Below are positions 53,362-64,000 of a DNA stretch of 64,000 bases, piece by piece; within the stretch, counting starts at the first letter, position 1; every line of letters starts with the position of its first letter. The notes beneath the pieces were generated by a model. That model ran no database searches. It worked only from the letters and a program-made list of their open reading frames with translations, and had not been told where the DNA came from. Position numbers and translations under genes: made by a program. Source of the DNA: Syncephalis fuscata S228 (lineage: Eukaryota; Fungi; Zoopagomycota); the NCBI GenBank assembly GCA_025786725.1, contig JAHLTZ010000011.1:620001-684000 (forward strand). The letters run 5' to 3'.

Positions 53362-54647
53362 AAACCAAATGAAAAGACCAGGAGATATTAAAACACTGCT
53401 CAGTACGTACGCTAATTATATGCAGTAAACTCAGCTTTGATTTACGTCGTCTAGAGTGAAATAGCTTTGATGTAAGCCAAGCACAGAGATGCGCGGTTAC
53501 TTCGCATGCAAGGAGTACATAAATATGTAGAGTTGTCAGGGGTAATAGGTACATAATTAACGGTGGGGATTATAGACAATAAGTTAGTTAGTTAGTGTTA
53601 ATAATAGCACGTATATATCCATAAATACAATGGCAATTCATATGCAAAATCAAACTAAAGCGTGCGTTATACACAAATCATCACAATTGAAATAAACAAT
53701 TTATATTCATGTTGCACAAAATTGTGATATTGATTGTAACAATAGTTACATTAATATTATGATTTTACCATTTCTATATATATTCCCATTTACAAAAAAA
53801 GATAAGTTTAATCGTTTTAAATACTATAAATAAAATAATAATTGTCGATCGCTTTATAATGTACTTGGAATGCAAAAGTAAAACATCATATGCAGATGTA
53901 ATGCTAACTGTACATAAAATAAAATGTAGTATTTCTTATCATTTGTTCGTAAAATGGTATAAAAATATAATGCACTCGATATTATTAGAATTATTTATTT
54001 TTATTCTCATTAAGCAATATATATATTTGATCATTCACATTATATTTATATCCCTCCTTCCATACAATCATACTATATATATGTATTAATAATTTCTGTA
54101 TTCTATTCAAACTTCTGATACATTTACTTGAATTTAGTTAATTGTGCTTTTATTAATTTTTAAGTAAAAAATGCATATCAGCTTGACATTAATCGAATTA
54201 AATTAAATACATATTTTATTTGCACTGATCGAACAGTATTTATATTTATTAATAAATAAATATCTTCTTGATAAAAAAGCCAATATGTATATATAAAATA
54301 AGCAACTGCGCCATTGTCGATATTACACTCCTTTTTATTATCATTTTACAACTATTTTCATCAATGTCAGTATCAGTATCAGTATCAGTATCTATATAGA
54401 TCATTTCCCCTTGGCTTTTAATATAGTCTCTCTCTTTCTATATATCCCCTTTACTGTGCTGCACTAAAGCTATGCATAGTCATAGCAACAAACGGTAAAA
54501 AAGTACCGCTAGTTTATTATTTTGTTTTTCATAAAATATTTCTGCTTTCTTTCTTCTTTTCTTTCGACTGTAGCTATTTTGATTTGTCTATTTAACAACA
54601 GCGGCAGCTCTACTATCACACCTGACTTGTTCAAACCCGTATTAAAT

Positions 54648-54661
54648 CACGTGGCCACGTG
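54648..54661. promoter_or_regulatory. Palindromic tandem E-boxes CACGTG-GC-CACGTG
   Basis: Perfect 14-bp palindrome in the divergent WDR62/kinesin intergenic region. Function is inferred only. Confidence 0.35.
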
Positions 54662-56499
54662 GTGGTAAGTAACAATACAGAGCGTGTTCTAAGCCAGCGA
54701 CAACGTCATTGTTATTGCTATTATTTCTGTATACAAATGGTCGTTTGCCGAGGGTGTTGCCCAAAATGGCAGCGTCTCATCCTTTGCACCGAGCTGAATA
54801 GCCTATTTTGTAGGATCCACCTTGACCCAAGCATTTGTGGTCGTACAAGCTATTCAGTGTGCCGAGTCCTATTTCGCCTCTGCTTGATCGCTCTAAACAA
54901 TGACAACAGCAGCGATATTAGTAGCTTAATACTTGTATCTGTACTGATGTGCGTGCGTGCGTGTGTGTGTGTGTGCAAGGGCAACGTGCATCAAAGCCTC
55001 CTTGCGCTTAAAGAATACTTTATCGTTTTTACGAGTAATTGGTGAAAATATGTTTAATTATTAGTAATTACGCTATAATTTGTATTTAGTTTTATTAAGT
55101 TGGCGTTGCTTCACAGTGTTTTAACGACAATCTGTGTAAATTTCTCCGTTTTCCTTACCGCTTCTATTAATTGGTGCTCGGCGACGCATAAGCGTAAAGA
55201 AATATCCGCTCTTTAATAGGGCGGAGAAAGCATGGCAACTCCGCACGTTCTACACGCGATCCATTGTGCGTGCGTGTGTGCCTGGAAGCGTGTGTGTGTG
55301 CATGCGTGACTTCAAGCCACTAACATCCATTCTTTCTTCTCATTCACTCGCTCTATCAACTTATTCTCTCTATTTTCGTTCTTCTTTACACAGCATGCAC
55401 TTGCTGCCTACAGCTGTTGCCTTGTTCTAAACGCTGTATCTTTGACCTTTTCGTTTTATTTACTTGCGTGGAACGGTATTTTGCCGTTTCTATAATATTT
55501 CCTATTTCTTTCCCTCTCTCTCTCTCTCTCTTTGTCTCTCTATTCCACTTATTTACCTTCTAGTGGTGTTAACTGGACGTGGCTTGATTGCTCGCCTAGT
55601 TTTTATAAAGTTATTATTGAGTCGCCATCTCAATTGTTCGTTTTTATTTGTAGTGCTAGTTTGTTGGACTAGCTAATAGGCAACGCTACATACATTTGAC
55701 TCGGTGGTCTACCACTATAATTATTCAAGAAATCGTAGAGTAAGTTCTAATATACCATTATATTTAATATTGCCTTGCGACAAAGTTTAAGTATACGGCG
55801 TATTGCTGTAGGCGCTGTACTTTAGTAATATTTATATTTACTCATTGCGGTACTTACTTTCGTTGTTCTGCGCATCTTATGCATTTGAACCTTTAAATAT
55901 CTATTTGTATGATGCTTTTATCTGTGCATCCTTTCTATTGATATTGCTGCCACTTTTCATACAATATTGGTTCTGGCCTTTGATGCTAACCAATCAATTG
56001 ACCAGTGAGCGAGTGAGTGCATCAATACTGTCGGCGATACTGTCTATTAGTATAGGCACCTTTTGTACGAAAGGCCCTCTTTCCTCCGACAGTATAAGAC
56101 TGCCCTTGCTTTGTTCCCTTCCGTATTTATTCGTTCAAGTTTGTAACTGCGTTCGGTAATAGCCGTGGTGCTTTGTGATTCCTATTTTACTCGTTTTATT
56201 TACGCTCTACAGAGCTCATCTTTTCTTTATTACAACACTCACTAACCAGCCAACTCTATATTATGCACTTATACATATATTACGACGTAGTATAGGTTTG
56301 TTGATCAACTTTTTTAGCAACCAAGTATTATCTGGTCCTTATATCCAATAGTACACATACGTGCGATATCTTTACAGTATCGTAATTACTCTCATTCACT
56401 TGCGACGACTCTATTTTCGTTACTTTCATCTTATTACCATCACCACTATTGCTACTATTGCACGACATCTCTACAATAGTCAACTAAATATCTTCCAAG

Positions 56500-59400
56500 A
56501 TGCCAACCAATACTGAGGGGACCGATGTGTCAGTCCAAGTCGGTAAGTATTATTGATTATTACTAGCAATAGTACAACATAGTTTAAGCTAACAATTATA
56601 TATTAATGTGTATTTACAGCACTTCGTATTCGTCCACTCAATGATTCGGAGCTGGGCCAACGTGCCCCGTCTATGCGTAATTTGCCAGCCGAAGTACTTA
56701 GTCTTTCCCCAAATCTACCCAGAGTTACTGTCGTGCCATATCAGCGTCATTTCACCTATGATCATATATTTGGCCCAGATACTTCACAGCAAGATGTATT
56801 CAACGATTGTGTATCTCGTTTAATGGACAAATTCCTCGATGGCTACAATGCAACTATTCTTGCTTATGGACAAACATCTTCGGGTAAAACATTCACTATG
56901 GGCACTGGTCTTGGCGAAGGTTATGCCGATAGTGAGAATACACGTGGTATTGTGCCACGTGCAGCAGCGTTTTTATTTAATTATTTGCACAAAATGCCAT
57001 CTAATGCATTTAAATATCAAGTTCAAGTATCATTCCTCGAAATTTATAATGAGGATTTGATTGATTTACTGTCAATTACTTCACGTGATGGACCACGTAA
57101 CACTGTTACTATTCGAGAAGACACACGTGGTAACATTATATGGACAGGTATACGTGAAAGACGTGTTAATAGTATGGAGGAATTACTAGAGTAAGTTATT
57201 TATGGCTATTAATACGCCTATCTTTGATATTAACACTTGTCAATTAGCTGTCTAGAAAGCGGATCTGCTCTTCGCCAAACTGGCTCAACAGACATGAATG
57301 AAGCATCATCTAGATCTCATGCTATTTTCAGTGTATCACTTAAACAAGAGAAATGGGTCCCTAACGAGCCAGATGCCAATGCAGTCGATGCTAACGAACA
57401 AGCTAATGGCGCTGGTGGCAGCCGTCTTCCAACTCGTGCTGGTACACCAAGTTTAGGTGATCGACGTGCCGGTACACCGACAGGTCGTCGTAGTGCACTT
57501 GGTGGCCGTGCTACACCTTCCGGATTACCACGACCTGGCTCGATGTATAGTCGTGGGCCAACAGCTGCACCTGAACCTACGCCAAATGGACCCGAGACAG
57601 GTAATGGTCAATGGGTAGTTATGCAAAGCAAATTTCACTTTGTCGATCTGGCCGGTTCTGAGCGTGTAAGTAATATTTAGCATTACTGTTAATATATTTA
57701 ATCTTACTGTAAATAATAACAATAGCTTAAACGCACAAATGCTGTTGGTGATCGGGCCAGAGAAGGTATTAGCATTAACGCTGGCCTTTCTGCATTAGGC
57801 AATGTTATTAGTGCACTGGGCGACACAACAAAGAAGTCGGTTCATATTCCATATCGCGATTCTAAACTTACTCGTTTACTACAAGACTCATTGGGCGGCA
57901 ACAGTCAGACACTCATGATTGCTTGTGCATCACCAGCGGCCAGTAATCTTACTGAGACGATTAATACACTCAAGTATGCAAATCGTGCGCGTAATATTAA
58001 AAATCAAGTGACACAGAACCAAGAAATGTCACTAGATGTCGACTATTTACAAGCACAAATAGCCAAACTTAAGGGTGAAATCCGCCAGCTTAAATCAATG
58101 AGCATGGCATCAGATGATACCGACTATATGCAGCAAGCAGTTAATCACGAGTCTAGCTTTTTGCGTAAACGCAATGAATCGCTTGAACAAGAGCTGGAAA
58201 AAGTTAATATTAGTTATACACAGCTAGAAGCGCATTTTGAAACAGTTTCAATTGAATTGACGCAACTACAAGAGCAGCAAGAACTTTGGCGACAACAACA
58301 AACGGCCGCACTTGTTCGTTCTACAACAGGCTCATCGGTTGAATCGCAAGATCAACGTGCAGCTCGTGGATCTAATTTGGCCAATATACGCACTATGACC
58401 GAATCTGGATCGTCAAACTTTCAACGTGAAGTCGAACCAGTTATTGAAGAGTACGAAAAGGTCGTATCAGCACTTGAAGAGCAGCTTAATGAAGCACGTG
58501 AAGCAATTGCTGCCGCTGAAGCACAAGCACAAATTACTGCTGCTAAATTGCGCTTTGAAGAGACAGTACGTGAAAGCAACGCCATTGTTATTGCTGAGCT
58601 TAAATCGCGTGTTGGTGAACTGCATGAACGTGAATCTGGCTCTGTTGCGTACATCCGTGAACTTGAAACCAAAGTACGCGGCGGAATTGTTGAAGAACTA
58701 AACGAAGATACAGATCAGTTGCGACGTGAACTTGCCAAAGAGCGTGGTGAAGTAAACCGACTTCGTCAAGAGCTGCAAACTCACAACGATCCAGATGTTC
58801 TAGCATTGGTTGAAACAGTAACCGAGCTAGAGGAGAAAATTCAGCTATTGCAGAAAGGTGCCGAATCACGTCAACGCCGTCGTCGTATTCCGCAAGCTAA
58901 TGGAATTGCTCGTCCGCAAACGGAAATATTCTTAATGGTGAAGGGCCAACACTGACTGAACATACGGCCACTTCTAATGAGAATGGCAATAATGCGGATA
59001 CAGTCGACGATAGTGCAGCCAATGCAACGACACGTCATCGTCGCGGTAGCAGCTTTACTGATCTATCGCCAGAAAGATTAGCATTGGATGCTATTAGCAA
59101 CAATCCACAGGCTACTCTTGACAAATTGACAACACTTGAAGAAGAAGTTGCTACATTACAAAGCCGTAATGAAGCACTTATCAAGGAGCATGAAGAACGT
59201 GTTAAAGAACTTCGTGGACAAGAAACAGCCGAAAGTGAAGCACGTCGCCGTGAACGTGAAGCAGCCGAAAACGATATGGCTCAACTGCGTGCACGTTTAG
59301 CGGCGGCTGAGGCTGAACTTGCCGCTGCTCGTGCCCAACTCGATCCAGATAACGCTGAAAGAGTGGTTGAAATCGAATTACGCATTCGTGAAGTACAAGA

Positions 59401-62400
59401 AGAGTCGGAACGTACCCATAATGAAGAAATACAACGGCACGAAGCTGAACTTGTTGAACTTGAAAGCAAAATGGCCGATTTACAAGCAGAAGCCAATTCA
59501 TTACGTGATGAAGAACGTGAACGGCATCGTTTAAATGTACGCAAACTAGAGGCAGAGATTGCTGAACTCCGTACACAGGCGGAAAAGGCCGGTAAACTTC
59601 GTGGCATGGACACTAAGATCATTTCAACACTTCGTGATAAGATTGCCATGCTTGATGGTGAACTAAAACGTACAGAAAACCAATTGGCTGAAGAACGTGA
59701 CCGGGTACTGGCTGCTAAACGTGCTGCTTTGGATGAAGCTGCATTAATGGCATCACCATCATCGCCATCAAGTCGTGAATATGAGCTATCAAATCTAGTT
59801 GAAGAACTTGAACAAAAAGCCGAAGCACTTAAGCAAGCACGTTTAGCAGCAGTTGAACAGGCTGAAACTGAACAAAGTGCACAAGCTGAACAGATCTCAG
59901 AACTAGAGGCCCGTATCATTGGCTTGGTTAAGGATTTGGAAAAGACACGTTATGCCGATCGTACACAGCATGCACATCAAGTATCTGCCATGTTAACTAA
60001 GATTGCTCAATTGGAAAACGAAGTACTAGAAGCGCGTGAACGATATGAAGCCGCTGCCTCAGCTGATGCTGATGAAATAGCTCTACTTCGTGAACAGGTA
60101 GAAGCTAAGTCACAGCGTATACAAGAGCTGGAAGAGCTTTTAGATGATCACGACGAAGAGATAGCCATTTATACAGCGGCCAAGACTGAAAGTGAAAACC
60201 AAGTACAGGCACTTGAAGAACAGATTGCTGCATTAAAGGCTGCAAGTAATCGTGTTGTATCCGATCTTGAACAACTTGATGGTCATGATGCTGACGCCAA
60301 TACCGATCAGCGTATTCGTTTATTGACTGCAGAGGCCACTGATTTACGTCGTGCCAATGAACGTATGAGTACTCAACTACAGCGTCTTGAAAGTGCATCT
60401 CTTTTCACTGCCGATACAAGTCAAGTTCAGTCGTTGCAAACAGAGATTCAGCAACTTGAAGCGACAAACTATCGTCTACTTGAACAACTTGAAAAGGTTA
60501 CATGTGGCGATGAATCGGCTATGCAATTCCTTTCACTCGAAGAAGAAATTCAACGTTTAGAATCGACCAATACTCGCATGTTGGATCAAGTTAAGCTGCT
60601 AGAAACACGTATGCGTGAATTAGATGCGCAAAAACAAGCTGAAGCACAACGTGCTAGCCAGGTAGAAGCTGAATTGCAAAATGTTCATTCTAAATATCGT
60701 GATACGGTCACCAATCAAGTTGAGGTCAATACACGCGAATTACCAAATGGTGCTATTAATGCTAATAGCGAATCGTTGAACGAATTAAACGATCAACTAG
60801 CGGCATTAGCCAAGGCCAAGGACGACTGTGCAAGAGAACTTGATGATGTACGCGCCCAATTAGCTGCATCTAAAGAGACGGCCAGTGAACAGGCACAGCG
60901 TGACGAGGAACGTGTTCGTGTCTTCGTGAACAGCTCAGTACTTTGCAAACAAGCCATACATCTGAGTTGGAGCGTATTAAGGCCGAACGTGATGCATTAG
61001 AAGTAGCACGTGCAGCAGCTGATACACGTGCTGCTAAACTTGATACTCAACTACAATCACAGGATGCATCGCGATTAGATGAAGACTCTGCACTCGATTC
61101 ATTGCGTAATGTAGTTCGTGAACTAGAGGCAACAAGCGATGCATCACTTCAGCAATTGAGTGATTTGCAAAAACAGCTATTGGCCCTTGAAGCTGAAAAC
61201 GGCGAATATAAAGAACTTGTGGCCGAACTTGAAGCGTCACTTTCGCGTGCACAGGATGGTGCTGATACAAATTTGGTTCAGCTTGAAGAGCAACTACGTG
61301 ATGTACAGCAACGCCATCGCGAAGATATGCGTACAACACAAGAACAGCTTGATGAAGCACGTAATACAACATCAACTTTACAGCAACGATTAGCCGAGCT
61401 AGAGACGACAGCCACTACAGCCAAGGCCGACAAAGAAGCCACTGAGGAAATATTAGTTGCACTAGAGGCTACACATAATGAACAAGCTGATCGTATTATT
61501 AACTTAGAACAAGAACTAAAGACGGCACAAGATGCATTGGCTGCATCCAATAATGCTACTAAATCGGTCGATGGTCCTACAGCTGAAATGTTTGCTTTAT
61601 TACAAAAGGAATTGGCCACGCTTGAAGGCACATTGGATGTAAAGCGATCACTAGAAACAGAAAGTGATAGCACACAAGATGCCAATGTTGTTGCTGTACG
61701 CTCACTTTTACATCGTGTTCGTCAGGTTGAAGAGACACGAACAGTGCTCGATAAACGGTCGCAAGGCTATGAAGCCGATGTTAAAGAGTTAGAAGCGTTG
61801 GTAGAAGAACTAACTGATAATAATAAGCAACTTTCTGATCAATTAACTCATAAAGGCGATAATAATACTAATGGCAATCTATCTGAACGAGTCACCCAGC
61901 TTGAAGAAGAACGTACGCAATTGGTTAAAGAGAAGGAGAAGTACGCATTAGAAGTACGCCAACTTGAAGAAGAAATGGCTCAAGTAGGAGAAATTAACCA
62001 AGAGCTAGAGAATGAAGTGGCACGTATGCTTGATGCATTGCAACGAACTGAAAATGCAAAGAACCAACAAGCATCGAATGGTAGCAATGGAGATGCCGAT
62101 CGTCTACGTGAAAAGCTTTCAAGCCAAGAAACAAATATTGTTCAACAGACTAAGTTGATTAAGACGCAAGAGGAACGTATTGTAGAACTTGAATTAACCA
62201 TTGAGGCTATGCATCGCCAACAACTCAATACACCAGTCCGCCGTCCATCTAAACTATCAGATGATTCGGGCAGTCTTCATAAGCACCGATTAACAGCTAA
62301 TGGATCATTAAGCAACATTGAAGTCAGCCCACCACCGACTCCACCACCACGTGTCCCTCCACCACCTACACCGGCAGCGAGCTCAAGTCCACCATCGCCG

Positions 62401-62796
62401 ATGCCGTCGCGTTCACCATCGCCGCCATCCCAAACGGGTGGATTAAGTAAAGCTGAAGAGATGGAACTTCGCAATCAAGTAAACCAGCTTGAAGGCGATT
62501 TACGTGGCCATGTGGCACTTATCGAAACATTGGAAAAGTCACTTGGCGATATGGAAATTGTCCAGCGAGACCTTGAACATAATGGAGAACATGCACGTAA
62601 ACAAGTGGATGTACAACGAGCAGAGAATCAAAAGATGGTCGAAGCAATGGAAACGCTACAGCGTAAAATGGATGAAATGCGTGGCATGTTTGAAGGTGAA
62701 CGCGTTAAAAGTGCTCAGCTCTTGGAAAAGAACCGAGCTCTTGAACGCCAAATGCTTGAATTGAAAGCAAAGAAAAGCAAACTACTTTGCTTCTAA
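56500..62796 (+). CDS. Kinesin-4 (KIF4/KIF21-like) motor with very long coiled-coil tail
   Basis: [95 protein letters not shown]. Coiled coils, PPPTPPP, ends [10 protein letters not shown]. Three introns and frameshifts near 58918 and 60920. Confidence 0.92.
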
Positions 62797-63688
62797 GCGT
62801 TTACATCTTTTCGCTGTATTCATTTCTTATTCGCATTTTACATGACATCTCTTCTCCTCATTCTTGTATTCCGCGTTATCTTTACTGGCAAGTACAGTTT
62901 TTATTATTGTATCATTGGTCGTCCTTTTTGTCGAGTGCCTTATGAAACACTAATTTTGCACTTTGATCCTTGTTTTTATGGTGTTTTTTTTTTGTATGGC
63001 AATGTATTATTATTACTTTTAGTCTGGTCACTAATAAGTAGCAATAATACACTGGTGTTACATTAATACCTGTACTTTCTTTCTCTCGCTTTAGAAAGAG
63101 ATGTTCTTTTCATCTTTTAACTATTGTATGAAGATTGGTGATAACTACTACTACTACTCGCACTGTCTCTTGTGTTCATTCTTTCCTTTTTTCATTCTTT
63201 TAGTCTAACTCTCCTACTCTATATATACTTATCCTTTCCGTCCTTTGCACGGATATACACGATTGAATAATAAACAGTTTCTGTTTTATTTAATGAGTCT
63301 TATTATGTTCATTTTAATAATTAATATAAGTATTATTAGCATGGCTAATTAGAATTAACAAGTCCCTTGTAAAAGACAGGGAGCATTAGTGCTAGCATTA
63401 GATGATTGTGCTAGTTGCTAAAAGTAAGTAAGACTGGACATTGTACCGCTTGATTGGTGATAAATAGATAATACTGCTTTTTATTAAAACGTTGTTAATA
63501 AATCGATTTAAATAAATAATGTAGCATATTGTTTAATTTTTCTAGTATAATTTGTAATTAGAATGGTTTTATTTAATAATATTTGTTCTATTAAACATGG
63601 GACAAGTGGTGAGTTTTATTTAATCGTCACATCATCACACTTATTGCTTTTTTGGTGGTCAAATGACTAATATTTAATAACGCCCAAT

Positions 63689-63742
63689 CTATTGAACATG
63701 ATGATGGGTGGTGAGTGACATCAGTCATCAAATACTCATCAT
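63689..63742 (-). repeat. Dispersed repeat copy 2 (inverted relative to 231-284), internally hairpin-forming
   Basis: The reverse complement matches 231-284 at 46/54. ATGATGATG...CATCATCAT arms surround TGAC-ATCA-GTCA. Confidence 0.75.
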
Positions 63743-64000
63743 CATAGATTCGTTATCCAATATGTATATATTCAGTACACATATATCCTCTATTCACCTA
63801 TATCATTCACATTCTATTCTATACTACTATATAGCATTATACAATATACTAGACTCATTTTATTGTTTATATGTCCCAATGTACTTTACTCATTCCACTC
63901 ATTGCGCTATATACACTATAGTTTTAACATCGGTCTATACGCTTTCTTACCGTACATTTATCATTTATGTATCATTCTATGATCGCCTGTTCTTTCTCTA

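Noticed and set aside
58900-60960. Programmed ribosomal frameshifting in the kinesin tail
   Set aside because: No slippery heptamer is evident and similar 1-nt breaks occur throughout the window; assembly error is simpler.
59202-62474. Antisense ORFs over the kinesin coiled coil
   Set aside because: Shadow ORFs of the codon-biased sense gene.
63721-63745. Box C/D snoRNA suggested by ATGATGA and CTGA on the minus strand
   Set aside because: The boxes are too close together and box C is not preserved in the other repeat copy.

Overview
AT-rich eukaryotic DNA with many short (~50 nt) introns, read as a fungal genome. An early-diverging lineage (Zoopagomycota/Mucoromycota-like) is inferred from gene content and style, not proven. 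About 20 protein-coding genes are traceable: a degenerate MDC1-like FHA protein, a tiny secreted Cys-rich peptide, an LRR protein, ER DnaJ (Scj1-like), a START-domain protein, two paralogous class-3 lipases, a Cys-rich GPI-type protein, Rheb, Ste12, an AMID/FSP1-like oxidoreductase, a secreted helical protein, PDX1/SNZ1, a chromodomain-SET Clr4/SUV39H H3K9 methyltransferase, CARNMT1/N2227, WDR62/MAPKBP1, a kinesin-4 and two hypothetical genes. Many genes carry single-base frameshifts, several at homopolymers, most likely assembly errors. The most notable finding is the gene at 21315-24096. It has an intron and a long disordered N-terminus, and ends in a DIRS/Cre-like tyrosine recombinase domain with three catalytic residues replaced (R->S, H->D, Y->F). 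No retroelement parts lie nearby, so it is a candidate domesticated, catalytically dead recombinase. A diverged ~54-bp repeat occurs in inverted orientation near both window ends. No rRNA, tRNA or CRISPR was seen. All alignments were made by eye, with reference sequences recalled from memory.
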